A stretch of 64,000 nt of DNA from Dehalococcoidia bacterium (GCA_965261935.1 OZ253485.1:1573173-1637172), one strand, 5' to 3'. Counted from the stretch's first letter, positions 50,037-60,156 are shown. Translations and numbers: made by a program. Notes: generated by a model from the sequence alone, not told the origin.

Positions 50037-51200
50037 TTAGCCTTCGCCTCTCACAGTCTCCAGGCGTGTGCTAAGAGCCGCGTAGCGGCGCGCGTAGTCG
50101 TCGTCGGTTACCGTGCCTGCCCTGTGCCCGGCGTCCAGTTCCGCAATAAGTCGAACGAGCGCCTCCGCCTCGCCTCCTCCTGGCCGCCCCGTCCCACGCT
50201 GAATGCGCCGCCGGTAGACCGCCACCGCCAGCAGCGCAGCCATGAGCACCGCGAGCGCGGCAGGAGCCGCGAACTCCAAGCGTATGCCTGTCACGGAGTT
50301 TCGTAGCCGGTCGAAAACTCCGGCCCTTGGGAGATTGCGCAGCTCGAACTCAAACTTGCCGCCGCGCCGGACGTCAGCCGAAGTGAATAGTAGGTAGCGC
50401 TGTCCGCCAACCTCGACAACTTCGGGCTGTCCAAGCTCTTCTCCGCTCAGTTCTAGACCTTCCGTGGGAACAAGGATGCGGAACTGTCCTGCACCGTACG
50501 GGAACGATTTGAGAAGCCCCAGAGTGTCTTTCGTGTATGGGAAGCTGTAGGAGAACATGACCTCATGCTCTCCGGGCGGCACGCTGGTGGAGAGTCCGAA
50601 GCCTCTGTCGACCTGCAGTACGTTGGCGCCGATTAGATCGGTATCAACCTGAAGCCCCTGCGCTCCCTCTGGTAGGCTGAATCTGAGCAACTTCATCGGT
50701 TCGGGGCCGGGGACGTAAGTACGGTCCGCCTCGTTCGTAATCGTGGTGATTTCCATACCCCAGAGCATCTGCGTTTCCGGGTCCACTTCGGCGATAAGAA
50801 TGGACACGACTGGTGCGCCGATCACGGACTCATCGTCCGTTCCGTCGTAAACCGTAAGCTCGACGGGCCCGGGGGCGCCGTTCGAGAGATCGAGGTCCAC
50901 TCCGTAAAGGGCTCCGTGGTAATCAACGGAGACTCCATACGCGGTATCAGGGTTGTAGGTCACATTCTCGAAGCGGAACCATCCCTCTGGGCCCGCTGGA
51001 GACGTAAGGTCGTCTATACGTTCGCCAGTGTGCCGGTGCAGTGTCACCATCAGGCCTTCCACGGCCCCGCCGTCCGGCGTGCCATTTACTACTCGCCCCT
51101 CGATCAGGAAATGTTCCTGCTGGGCCTGAGCCGGCGCGGCTCCCAGAGCGACCGTACATGCCAACGCAACGGCGAAAGCGACCAGGGCGGCCTTGATCAA
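50037..51200 (-). CDS. Exported, C-terminally anchored protein of the cytochrome c maturation cluster
   Basis: Signal peptide, Ig-like beta region, TM helix and short C-terminal helical domain; overlaps the upstream ccm gene. Confidence 0.75.
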   Translation of the reverse strand: MIKAALVAFAVALACTVALGAAPAQAQQEHFLIEGRVVNGTPDGGAVEGLMVTLHRHTGERIDDLTSPAGPEGWFRFENVTYNPDTAYGVSVDYHGALYGVDLDLSNGAPGPVELTVYDGTDDESVIGAPVVSILIAEVDPETQMLWGMEITTITNEADRTYVPGPEPMKLLRFSLPEGAQGLQVDTDLIGANVLQVDRGFGLSTSVPPGEHEVMFSYSFPYTKDTLGLLKSFPYGAGQFRILVPTEGLELSGEELGQPEVVEVGGQRYLLFTSADVRRGGKFEFELRNLPRAGVFDRLRNSVTGIRLEFAAPAALAVLMAALLAVAVYRRRIQRGTGRPGGGEAEALVRLIAELDAGHRAGTVTDDDYARRYAALSTRLETVRGEG

Positions 51201-51574
51201 GGCGCGGCGTCTGCCGAGGGCTCCGGAGCGCCGCCGAGGGTCCGCTCTCTCACACGTCTGATCTCCACCTCGATGGAGGCCAGCATCTCTTGCTCCTGTT
51301 GCTGCTCCAGCTCCAGCGCCTTCATCACCAGGGCGGCCTCGGTCATGTACTCTTCACGCAGCCAGCGGTAGTCTGACTCGGGCAGGTTGCCCAAGGCCCG
51401 TTCCAGTTCGGTGCTTCGCAGCCCTGCCAAAGCAGCCTCCCATCGCCGCCAAAGCTCTTCGGTCGGGGAAGGCTCATCGACAAGAGTTTCTTCGGACGCT
51501 TTGCCGGATAGAAAGGGGTAGATGATGGCAATTGCCGGTATCAGTGTCAGGACTATGACGGCCAATACAAGCAT
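51197..51574 (-). CDS. CcmI-like (N-terminal) cytochrome c biogenesis protein
   Basis: TM helix then ELE...G.L...DY..L pattern; located in the ccm operon. Confidence 0.65.
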   Translation of the reverse strand: MLVLAVIVLTLIPAIAIIYPFLSGKASEETLVDEPSPTEELWRRWEAALAGLRSTELERALGNLPESDYRWLREEYMTEAALVMKALELEQQQEQEMLASIEVEIRRVRERTLGGAPEPSADAAP

Positions 51575-51585
51575 GGTCTAGTCCG

Positions 51586-53574
51586 TCATGCGCCGGCGAC
51601 CTGTGCTCCGCGAGGTAGTCGCGCGGATACGGGAGCCGGTTGGCGTTGCGGCGATACAGCGAGCAGCACGCCAAGCACGAGGACCGGGCCTGAGGCCCAC
51701 ATCCACCAGACGAGTGGGTTCACATACACCCTGAACACCGCCCGGCCGTCCGGCTGGAACTCGGACGGCACTATGTAGAAATCCTCTATCGGGTTGCTTC
51801 GGATGGCAGCGCGGGTGGCCGCAATCTGATGTGTGTGATAGAAGGCCCTGAACGGCCTCATCAAACCCAGAAAAGCGCCCCCCTTGGACACCTCAAACCT
51901 TGCGGTGTCTTCAAACCTGTCCGTGAACTCTTTCCGCGACACTCCCAGGTACTTTAAACGGTAATCATCGATGGCTGTCTCATCCCCCGGCCGCATAACG
52001 AAGTCGCGCTGCACGCCATAGAAGGAGGAACCGATGGCCCCTACTGTCAGCATCAGGATTGCCAGGTGTACCACGTATCCCCCGTACCTGGGACGGTTGG
52101 CTGTAAGGAGTCGGCCGAACGCGACAGGAATGTTCTCCCCCCTGCGGCTGCGCGATCTTGTGCCCCGGTACCACTCGTGAAGTATTCCGGCGGCGGCAAT
52201 GGCGCACACACTCAGGGCAACTATCGCGATCGGCCGTTGCACGCCGAGGAGATACACAACTAACGCTGTACCGGCACCCGCGGCTAGAGGTATGCGCATC
52301 ATTGTGGCTACGTTAGCAGCGGTGGCGCGTCGCCAGGGCAGCAGGGGACCGACCCCCATGAGAATCACCAATCCCAAGAGTAGCGGACCGTTTACCCGAT
52401 TGAAAAATGGAGCGCCCACCGTGACCGTTACGTCCTGCGCAGCCTCTGAGAACACCGGGAAGATCGTGCCCCACAGCGTTATGAATGCTACCGCGAGGAA
52501 CAGCACGTTTTGCGCTAGAAACGCGCTTTCGCGGGAGACCATCGAGTCGAGGCTGCGGCTGCTCTTGAGCGAGTCTAACCGCCACACGAACGCGGCCAGG
52601 CTTGCTGCCAGCGTGAACGCCATGAAGAACAGGAACAGCCAGCCCATCGTGGACTGAGCGAATGAGTGGACGGATGGCACGGGTCCGCCACGGTTGATGA
52701 ACATACCCATCTGGGCAAGGGTGAAACCAACGATTATGAGCACCATGTTCCACATTCGGAACATGCCGCGCCGCTTTTGCACCATGATCGAATGAACGAA
52801 TGCTGTCATCGCGAGCCACGGCATCAACGCTGAGTTCTCGACGGGGTCCCACGCCCAGTATCCGCCCCAGCCGAGGATCGTGTAGGCCCACCAGGAACCC
52901 AGCAGCAGGCCCAGGGTGAGGATGGTCCATGAGATCATTGCCCACGTGCGTCCCAGGTCCACCCACGCGTCTCTTCCTCCGCTTTTGGCAACTAGCGCAC
53001 CCAGGGCAATGCTGAATGGTATCGCTACGGAAACCAAGCCGGTCATCTGCACAGGCGGGTGGATGAACATACCGAAATGGATCAGCAAAGGGTTGATTCC
53101 CTGGCCATCCGCGGGGGTGATGGGCAACCGCTCCAGGGGGTTGGCCAGGAAGACGATGATGCCAAGAAAGAAGGCCAGGATCATAGCCATGATGCCGGCT
53201 GCGTACGGCGTGGTATACGGTAGCCGGCCCCGGATCATCTTTACCGCGACAGCGGTCAGCAGTGACAACACGAGCGCGAGCCATAGAAGAGAGCCCGCGT
53301 TGCCCGCGTAGAATGCGACCCAGGTGTAGACCTTGGGCATCGCCAAGTTGCTGTTTTCGGCCACGTATCGGACCGAGAAGTCCGATGTGACGAACGCGTA
53401 CGTCAGGCTGGCTGTGGAAAACAGCAGTAGTATTGGAATCGTGTATAGGGCGTACCGTGCGCTGACGACAAGTTCCGGAAAGCGCAGGCGTATGCCCACG
53501 AACGAACCAACGATCGCGTAGCCTGCCGCAAGCAACGCGATCGGCAGCGCCGCGTAGCCTGCATCAGCTATCAA
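51586..53574 (-). CDS. ccmF: Cytochrome c-type biogenesis protein CcmF
   Basis: HPP, WAY..LGWGGYWAWDPVEN and SVHSFA motifs. Confidence 0.97.
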   Translation of the reverse strand: MIADAGYAALPIALLAAGYAIVGSFVGIRLRFPELVVSARYALYTIPILLLFSTASLTYAFVTSDFSVRYVAENSNLAMPKVYTWVAFYAGNAGSLLWLALVLSLLTAVAVKMIRGRLPYTTPYAAGIMAMILAFFLGIIVFLANPLERLPITPADGQGINPLLIHFGMFIHPPVQMTGLVSVAIPFSIALGALVAKSGGRDAWVDLGRTWAMISWTILTLGLLLGSWWAYTILGWGGYWAWDPVENSALMPWLAMTAFVHSIMVQKRRGMFRMWNMVLIIVGFTLAQMGMFINRGGPVPSVHSFAQSTMGWLFLFFMAFTLAASLAAFVWRLDSLKSSRSLDSMVSRESAFLAQNVLFLAVAFITLWGTIFPVFSEAAQDVTVTVGAPFFNRVNGPLLLGLVILMGVGPLLPWRRATAANVATMMRIPLAAGAGTALVVYLLGVQRPIAIVALSVCAIAAAGILHEWYRGTRSRSRRGENIPVAFGRLLTANRPRYGGYVVHLAILMLTVGAIGSSFYGVQRDFVMRPGDETAIDDYRLKYLGVSRKEFTDRFEDTARFEVSKGGAFLGLMRPFRAFYHTHQIAATRAAIRSNPIEDFYIVPSEFQPDGRAVFRVYVNPLVWWMWASGPVLVLGVLLAVSPQRQPAPVSARLPRGAQVAGA

Positions 53575-53600
53575 CGCTCGCTCCAGTTGTCGCGGCGGTC

Positions 53601-54170
53601 TCAGGCATGCCTATCCTGGTTCCCCTCTGCCGGGGATTGGCCGCCTTCAACGCCCTCTACCGCTGCCCGGACCAGCTGAGTGTAGTGGGCCAATTCCTCG
53701 TCCGACAAAGTGCCTTCCGCGTCTTCCTTCAGATCGGCGCGCCTGCCGCGTGTCATGGAGCGCAAGGCAATTAACAGCGCTGCTCCCGCCCCAATCACTA
53801 CGGCCGCTGGGAGGGTCCAGGCCACGATGCCCAGCCCCTCTCGGGGCGGTTCCATGAGCACGCTAGGACCGAATCTTTCAACGAAGAAGTCCCGGATCTG
53901 CTCGTCGGACCAGCCCTCGGAAAGCTTCTCGTTTACCACGCCGCGCATCTGTGCTGCGAGCATGTTCTGCGACTGGTCGATCGACTCCCCGGGACAGACC
54001 GGGCACATGATCGTTTCGTTCAGGCGCTGGGTCCGATACTCCAACGGGGGCGCGTCATTTGAAGGGACACAGGAAAGCGCCGTCAGTAGACCAAACAAAA
54101 ACAGGAGTAAGGTGGCAATGTAGACATTCGGCAGGCGGCTCTGAACTCGCACTATCTTGGGTCTGAGCAA
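53601..54170 (-). CDS. ccmH: Cytochrome c-type biogenesis protein CcmH
   Basis: MCPVC...SIDQS and FFVERFG..VL.EP motifs. Confidence 0.92.
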   Translation of the reverse strand: MLRPKIVRVQSRLPNVYIATLLLFLFGLLTALSCVPSNDAPPLEYRTQRLNETIMCPVCPGESIDQSQNMLAAQMRGVVNEKLSEGWSDEQIRDFFVERFGPSVLMEPPREGLGIVAWTLPAAVVIGAGAALLIALRSMTRGRRADLKEDAEGTLSDEELAHYTQLVRAAVEGVEGGQSPAEGNQDRHA

Positions 54171-54397
54171 TAGGGACTCAGGCCTTAAAGTGCTGAGGCC
54201 GACGCTTGGCGAGGGTTGCCGTTCCGGACATGGGCCTCGCCATTATAGCGCAGTAGGGAAGGGTCAATCGCCGGAGAGTGGAAGGAGCAGGGAGGCGCGC
54301 GTATTGCGTGAACTCGGAACCGGTGAATAGAATACTCGCAACACAATACTCGTAACACATGCGCCTGCGCGTAGGCGCCTGTGTGGAAGGAGACTTC

Positions 54398-55522
54398 ATG
54401 GCACGCATTTGGGACGACCTGGGCGTCCGCCCTGTCCTCAACGCTGGCGGTAACCGGACTCTGCTTGGAGGCAATGAGCCCCCGCAAGAGGTACGGGACA
54501 TAATGGCTGAGATGGACGACTATTACGTGGACATGGGCGAACTGATAGACGCCGCCAGCTCAAAGGTTGCCGAATTGCTTGGCGCGGAGGCCGCTCTAAT
54601 TACGTCGGGAGCCGCGGCCGCGCTGGCCGTGGGATCTGCCGGGATAATGACCGGCACCGATGAGGCGAAGATCGATCGGATTCCGGACACCACGGGGATG
54701 CGCAGCGAGTTCCTCATTCAACGCCAGCTCCGTCTCAAGTACGACCGCTGCATTACCGTTGCGGGAGCCACGCTGGTTGAGATAGGCGATGAGGATGAGA
54801 CCAGGCCCGAGCACCTGGAGGACGCGATAGGCCCGGACACAGCCGCGGTCCACTACTTCGCTCCCGGAAACAGGCCCGGTTGTCTGCCGGTGGGGCAGGT
54901 GATCGAAATCGCGCATAGCAAGGGGATTCCCGTCATCGTCGACGCCGCGGGCCAAGTGTATCCCACGGAAAACATGACCAAGTACGTGGACATGGGCGCA
55001 GACCTGGTCGCCTACGGAGCGAAGTACTTCGGCGCAGTGAACGCAAGCGGAGTACTCACCGGGAAGAAGGAGTACGTGGAGGCGGCCCGGCTGAACAGCT
55101 TCATAGGTTTCGAGTCCACCGGAGCCCGCAACTTCGCGCGGCCCATGAAGGTGGACCGACAGTCCGTGGTAGCGGTATACGCCGCCCTCAGGCGATGGCT
55201 TACGATGAACCATGAGGACCGGTTCGCAGCGTACGAGGTCCAGTTGAACAACCTTCAATCCGGACTCGAAGGCATCCCGGGCGTTTCCACGGAGTTTGCG
55301 GGGCAAGGCCCGACCGACGGAATAATCGTCAACATCGACCCGACCGAGACGGGCAAGACGGCCGCACAGGTGATAGAAGAGATGAAGAGCGGCAACCCCA
55401 GCATTTGGGCCCACCCGTCTGAGGAGTTTGGAGGTGCCCCCGGCGGTATCGTGCTAAGGGTACGCACGCTCAAGCCGGGCCAGGAGAACCTCGTGGCCGA
55501 AAGGATGCGAGAAATCCTATAG
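54398..55522 (+). CDS. SelA-like/DgaE-family PLP-dependent enzyme
   Basis: PVLNAGG.RT.LGG, SGAAAAL, DAA, YGAKYFG and RPMKV motifs; lacks the SelA N-terminal domain. Confidence 0.85.
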   Translation: MARIWDDLGVRPVLNAGGNRTLLGGNEPPQEVRDIMAEMDDYYVDMGELIDAASSKVAELLGAEAALITSGAAAALAVGSAGIMTGTDEAKIDRIPDTTGMRSEFLIQRQLRLKYDRCITVAGATLVEIGDEDETRPEHLEDAIGPDTAAVHYFAPGNRPGCLPVGQVIEIAHSKGIPVIVDAAGQVYPTENMTKYVDMGADLVAYGAKYFGAVNASGVLTGKKEYVEAARLNSFIGFESTGARNFARPMKVDRQSVVAVYAALRRWLTMNHEDRFAAYEVQLNNLQSGLEGIPGVSTEFAGQGPTDGIIVNIDPTETGKTAAQVIEEMKSGNPSIWAHPSEEFGGAPGGIVLRVRTLKPGQENLVAERMREIL

Positions 55523-55597
55523 GCGAGCGTCTGGGCACACCGCGCTCGTTCGGGGGTTCGGCTCGCCTGCAGACTGCTCTCGCCGTGGGATGCCGCC

Positions 55598-56869
55598 ATG
55601 CTCAGCATCGAAGTCATTCGACAGGAACCGGACCTTGTGCGCGCCGCCCTTGCGCGGCGAGGCGAAGATGCGCCCATAGACCAGGTCCTGCAACTGGACT
55701 CACAGCGCCGCGCGACCATTAGCGAGGCAGATGAGCTAAGGGCGCGAGCCAACGAGACGAGCCGCCTTCTGAGCAGTAGCCGGGAGCGGACGCCCCAACT
55801 CGTAGACGAGATGCGGCAGGTGCGGTCCCTCGTTCGCGACCTAGAGCGAAGTATCCGTGAGATCGAAGAGCAGCTCGACGCGCTGTTGCTGGCTATCCCG
55901 AACCTCCCGAGCGAGCATTCCCCTGACGGTGCCGGGGAGGAGGACAATGTAATTGTTCGGCAGTTGGGAGAGACGCCCGCCTTCGAATTCGAACCGCTGG
56001 CGCACTGGGACTTAGGCGAGAAGCTCGGCATCATAGACTTCGAGCGAGGAGCCAAGCTCTCAGGCTCCCGGTTCTATGTGTTGAAGGGAAAGGGAGCGAA
56101 GCTCCAGCGTGCTCTCGTATCGTGGATGCTCGACCTGCATACCGGCGAGAACGAGTACGAGGAGGTCTACCTCCCCGCTCTGGTGCTGGAGAAAACGGCC
56201 ACGGTAAGCGGCCAACTGCCCAAGTTCGCTGACACGATGTACCACGACGACGAGGACGACCTGTGGCTAATCCCTACGGCCGAGGTGCCGTTGACCGGCA
56301 TGCACAGGGACGAAATTCTGCCGGCCGAGGCGCTGCCCATCAACTATGCCGCCCACACGCCGTGCTTTCGGAGGGAGAGGGCGGCGGCGGGGCGCGACAC
56401 GCGCGGCATCAAGCGCGTGCACCAGTTCGAAAAGGTTGAGTTGTACAAGATCGTGGAGCCGGAACAGTCCGAGGCCGAGCTGGAGCGACTGGTGTCCAAT
56501 GCAGAGGAGGTGTGCCTGCGGCTGGGGCTCGCGTACCGCGTGATCGAGCTGTGCACGGGCGACTTGGGCGCTCTGAGCGCACGTACCTTTGACATCGAGG
56601 CGTGGGCAGCCGGAAGCCAGGAATGGCTTGAGGTGAGTTCATGCTCCAACTGCACCGACTACCAGGCCCGGCGCGCCCGGATCCGATACCGGCCCGCCGA
56701 GGGAGGCAGGCCGAGGTACGTCCACACTCTCAACGGATCGGGAACGGCGCTGCCGCGAATAATCATCTCCATCCTTGAGAGCTTCCAGCAGGCGGACGGG
56801 TCGGTGGTTATCCCCGAGGTGTTGCGACCCTACACAGGGTTCGACCGCATAGAGGCGCCGGTAGGATAG
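55598..56869 (+). CDS. serS: Serine--tRNA ligase
   Basis: PTAEV, CFRRE, RVHQFEKVE, EVSSCSNC and HTLNGSG motifs. Confidence 0.98.
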   Translation: MLSIEVIRQEPDLVRAALARRGEDAPIDQVLQLDSQRRATISEADELRARANETSRLLSSSRERTPQLVDEMRQVRSLVRDLERSIREIEEQLDALLLAIPNLPSEHSPDGAGEEDNVIVRQLGETPAFEFEPLAHWDLGEKLGIIDFERGAKLSGSRFYVLKGKGAKLQRALVSWMLDLHTGENEYEEVYLPALVLEKTATVSGQLPKFADTMYHDDEDDLWLIPTAEVPLTGMHRDEILPAEALPINYAAHTPCFRRERAAAGRDTRGIKRVHQFEKVELYKIVEPEQSEAELERLVSNAEEVCLRLGLAYRVIELCTGDLGALSARTFDIEAWAAGSQEWLEVSSCSNCTDYQARRARIRYRPAEGGRPRYVHTLNGSGTALPRIIISILESFQQADGSVVIPEVLRPYTGFDRIEAPVG

Positions 56870-56923
56870 GGCCGAGCGAGCAAAGTCACGCACCCAGTCT
56901 AGGGTGCAGTCAATGGTCGATTC

Positions 56924-56947
56924 GTAGGGGCTGGTTTCAAACCCGCC
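56924..56947 (+). repeat. GTAG-type REP
   Basis: GTAGGGGCTGGTTTCAAACCCGCC. Confidence 0.8.
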
Positions 56948-57491
56948 TTCTCCGCTGGCAATTGACAGGATTGTCTATGTCCTCGGACCATTTCTTGGGA
57001 TTATCAATGATGTATTCGCGAACTCTGTTCAATTCGTGCTCGCTGCGGATGATGTGATCATAGAATCCGCGCTGCCAGACATGTGAGCCGGTGGATGCGC
57101 GTATCTGATTGATTGTACGTGCAGAGAACGTCTTGAAAGCGCGTACGATCTCGCTCATGCTGTGACGTTCGTCGACAACGCGCTCTGAGAGGGCGGGTTG
57201 TAAACCCGCCCCTACGCCCATGGTGTTGTCTTCGATAATGATCACACCGTGTACATGATTCGGCATCAGAACGAACGCATCAAGAGTGATGTTCAGGTAG
57301 TGCTTGGGCAGATTCGCCCAACAGTCCTCCACAATCGCGCCGAAGTGGTTCGCTGCCATTCTGCCATTTACAATGTGCCCAAACAGCAGATGGCGATTCC
57401 AAGTACATGCAGTGATGAAGTAGCCGCCTGCGGTTGAGTAGTCGTAGCCTCGCAGACGTAATTGCCTGCGACGTCGTTCTATGAAATGCAA
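56937..57491 (-). CDS. REP-associated tyrosine transposase (RAYT, Y1 HUH)
   Basis: RLRGYDYS..G.YFIT, MPNHVH, WQRGFYDHIIR and YIIDNP motifs. Confidence 0.93.
   Translation of the reverse strand: MHFIERRRRQLRLRGYDYSTAGGYFITACTWNRHLLFGHIVNGRMAANHFGAIVEDCWANLPKHYLNITLDAFVLMPNHVHGVIIIEDNTMGVGAGLQPALSERVVDERHSMSEIVRAFKTFSARTINQIRASTGSHVWQRGFYDHIIRSEHELNRVREYIIDNPKKWSEDIDNPVNCQRRRRV
57190..57215 (-). repeat. GTAG-type REP inside the RAYT coding sequence
   Basis: Minus strand GTAGGGGCGGGTTTACAACCCGCCCT, encoding VGAGLQPAL. Confidence 0.85.
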
Positions 57492-57523
57492 GAAATAGTT
57501 TCGACTACTTCCCGTCCAGCCGA

Positions 57524-59086
57524 CTATTCCTCGATGGGGGCGGCGTAGCGCTCCTGTAGGACGCGTTTGAGCACCTTGCCGAGGGCGTTGCGCGGCAGTT
57601 CGTCGATGAACACCACGGACTCTGGCTTCTTGAAGCTGGCCAGCCGTTGACGGCAGAATTCGATCAACTCAGATTCATCCACGGCGCCGTCCTGCCTGGG
57701 AACTACTACGGCCCGAACGCGCTCGCCCCAGACCGGGTCGGGCACGCCTATGATCGCGGCCTCATCGACGCCCGGATGCCGGCCCAGTGTCTGCTCCACC
57801 TCTTCGGGCGAGATCATTTCACCGCCGCGCTTGATGAAGTCCTTCGCGCGGCCCGCCAGGAAGACGTACCCGTCCTCGTCCACGTAGCCAAGGTCGCCTG
57901 TGTAGAGCCAGCCGTCACGGATGGTCTCGCGCGTCGCGTCCTCCTGGCCCCAGTAGCCTTTCATCAGCCTCTCGCCTCGCGCCGCGATTTCTCCTACCTC
58001 ACCCACGGGTGCCGTCCGTCCGTGCTCGTCCACGATGCGGACCTCGACATCGTCGAGCGCCTTGCCAATCGAAGTCAGGCGATTCAGTTTCCTGGAGATC
58101 TCGTCCTCGGAGCCGGACAGCACGTGGTCATCCGGAGGAAGCATAGTGATCGTTGCGGCCGTCTCCGTCTGGCCGAAGGCGTTGATAAACTGCGCGCCCG
58201 GGAAGGCGTCTAGGGCCCTCCTGATCGTGTCGAGGGGCATGGGGGCGGCGCCGTACGTGATCACCCTGAGGCTGCTTAGGTCTCGCTGCCCAAATTCCTC
58301 GTGGTCCATGAGCATCTTCAGCATCGTCGGGACCATCATCGCCCTGTCGGCCCGCTCTCGCTCCACGAGCGCCATCCACTCGGCCGGCTCGAACTGCCGC
58401 TGGACGATGAGCGTTCTGCCGCCGTACACGGCCGACATCAGGGCCTGCACCCCGGCAATGTGGTACAGAGGCACGGTGAGGATGTTCCGCTCCTCGATGT
58501 CCGGGTCCGCCGGCGTGACTGCGCTGAGTATGTAAGACGAGAAGCTGTCGTGGGTGAGCATCACCCCCTTGGGGAAGCTGGTCGTGCCCGCCGTGTACAT
58601 GATTACGCAGAGATCGTCGGCGTCGGCCTCCGGGTAGCGCTCGTCGTCCGGGGCAGCGTCCAGGAGTTCGTCGTAGTCGAGCCAGCCCTCGACGCGCCCT
58701 TCGAGGCTCACGCAGTGGTCCACCGACGGAATGCCGTCGCCAACGGACGCCACGAGTTCGGTGTACCTCCCGCCGACGAAGAGGACCTTCGGCGCACAGT
58801 CGTTGACCATGTAACGCAACTCTTCAGGCCGGGTCCTGAAGTTCAGGGGCACGAACACAGCGTCCAGCTTGGCCGATGCGAACCCGGCTTCGATGTGCTC
58901 GGGGCAGTTGACCTGCAGCATGGCGATGCGGTCGCCTGCCGCTACGCCGAGATCCGAGAGCGCGTTGGCCAAACGGTTGACGTTGGACTGCAACTCGGCG
59001 TAGGTCTGGCGCCTGCCTTCGAAGATGGTTGCCGGCCGGTCTGGGACTATGGCGGCCGAAATTGTCAGAAACTCGGTAAAGTTCAT
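57524..59086 (-). CDS. Long-chain acyl-CoA synthetase (AMP-binding)
   Basis: YTAGTTSFPKG, FGQTE, TGDLG and PRNALGK motifs. Confidence 0.95.
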   Translation of the reverse strand: MNFTEFLTISAAIVPDRPATIFEGRRQTYAELQSNVNRLANALSDLGVAAGDRIAMLQVNCPEHIEAGFASAKLDAVFVPLNFRTRPEELRYMVNDCAPKVLFVGGRYTELVASVGDGIPSVDHCVSLEGRVEGWLDYDELLDAAPDDERYPEADADDLCVIMYTAGTTSFPKGVMLTHDSFSSYILSAVTPADPDIEERNILTVPLYHIAGVQALMSAVYGGRTLIVQRQFEPAEWMALVERERADRAMMVPTMLKMLMDHEEFGQRDLSSLRVITYGAAPMPLDTIRRALDAFPGAQFINAFGQTETAATITMLPPDDHVLSGSEDEISRKLNRLTSIGKALDDVEVRIVDEHGRTAPVGEVGEIAARGERLMKGYWGQEDATRETIRDGWLYTGDLGYVDEDGYVFLAGRAKDFIKRGGEMISPEEVEQTLGRHPGVDEAAIIGVPDPVWGERVRAVVVPRQDGAVDESELIEFCRQRLASFKKPESVVFIDELPRNALGKVLKRVLQERYAAPIEE

Positions 59087-59211
59087 GCGTTGGTGGCTGG
59101 GCTAAAGCGGGCGTTAGCCTATCACCAAGCTCTGCTTAATCCAAGCTAAGCGCGTACCCGCGCCACATTAGCATTGCTGACAGGCTATAGAACGCTCTTC
59201 AAACAATAAAA

Positions 59212-59338
59212 GTGTCTCATTTTGATTCATTTCGTCTCATTCCGTAGCTGGGGAGGCCTTGGTGCTGGGACGTTATCGAGACGACTTTGGAGCACGACTG
59301 AGGCGATTCCGAGACACTTTGGGACAAAGATGAGACAG
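59212..59338 (-). repeat. Phased repeat array (copy 3)
   Basis: (T/C)GAGAC-like units at 59266, 59277, 59288, 59299, 59310, 59320, 59331; CAGCTACG on minus at 59243-59250; inverted units at 59214, 59224, 59234. Confidence 0.85.
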
Positions 59339-59420
59339 TGGCTTGGGCCCCCTCACGCGAGTGTCGGCGTGGAGAAGTAGGCGTAGCGCTGCATCGGCGG
59401 GAGCCGATTGCTATGGAGTT

Positions 59421-59458
59421 CATGCATCAATAATAGCACGCTAGTTCGTGTCAGGCAA
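59421..59458 (-). promoter_or_regulatory. Sigma70-type promoter with LexA-like box and leaderless start (element copy 3)
   Basis: Minus strand TTGCCT-17bp-TATTAT-6bp-ATGAAC, with CGAAC-TAGC-GTGC in the spacer. Confidence 0.65.
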
Positions 59459-59513
59459 TGCGATCGGTTTGCCTGTGAGTGTCCGCGATGCGGTCGGCGG
59501 TAATGCCAAGAAG

Positions 59514-60156
59514 CTCTACGACCTGTTCCCGGACCGGCTGGTGACGTCGGAACTTAGGGATGTGGCGGAGAGGTGAGAGGTTGACGTTCTAGACGACGCT
59601 TTTGAATTACTAGGCGGCGGTACTCCTCCTACGTCGGAGCCCTCCTAATCGGAATGGAGATATCCCTTGGTAAAAGGCCAAGGTCGCTCCCGCCCTGAGC
59701 GATATTTTCGTCTTAGAAACAGAGATAAAGATCACGCAGGCAGGAGTCGAGAACAGTTCTACAACGATTCAACCCGCTAAGGGTAGGGTTGGTCGCCTGG
59801 CCTGTCTTGGAAGGCCAATGGTCATGAACCAGACTTGCTATGGCATTCGAGGCGCCGGGTGCTACTCACACCTCCTTACGTATTGGAGTGTGCGAACAGC
59901 GGTAGATGAGCTTCAGACGCGAACACACCGCACGATCTTTGACACCATCAACCATCAGACTTTCGAGTTGGTCGAAACGGTACTAGTGCCCGTTGAAGTG
60001 GCACAAACCTTCGAATCGGTGGTAGGCTTGTTGATGACACACATCCTCGAAAACTTGCATGGGTCCCGTGTACTCGTGATTCAGCGAGATGCACTGCTGC
60101 CGAGAATGATGTCGGACCAGCTGACTCCTATTGGAAGTAAAGGCAATGAGCGCTAA
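59514..60156 (+). pseudogene. hsdS: Type I R-M specificity subunit (HsdS), decayed C-terminal half
   Basis: LYDLFPDRLV.SEL, GGGTP, NGDIPW, KITQAG..NSST, MNQTCY and RDALLP.MMS motifs, interrupted by stops and frameshifts. Confidence 0.85.

Noticed and set aside
54398-55522. Naming this gene selA
   Set aside because: Too short, lacks the tRNA-binding N-terminus, and no selB or selC is in the window.
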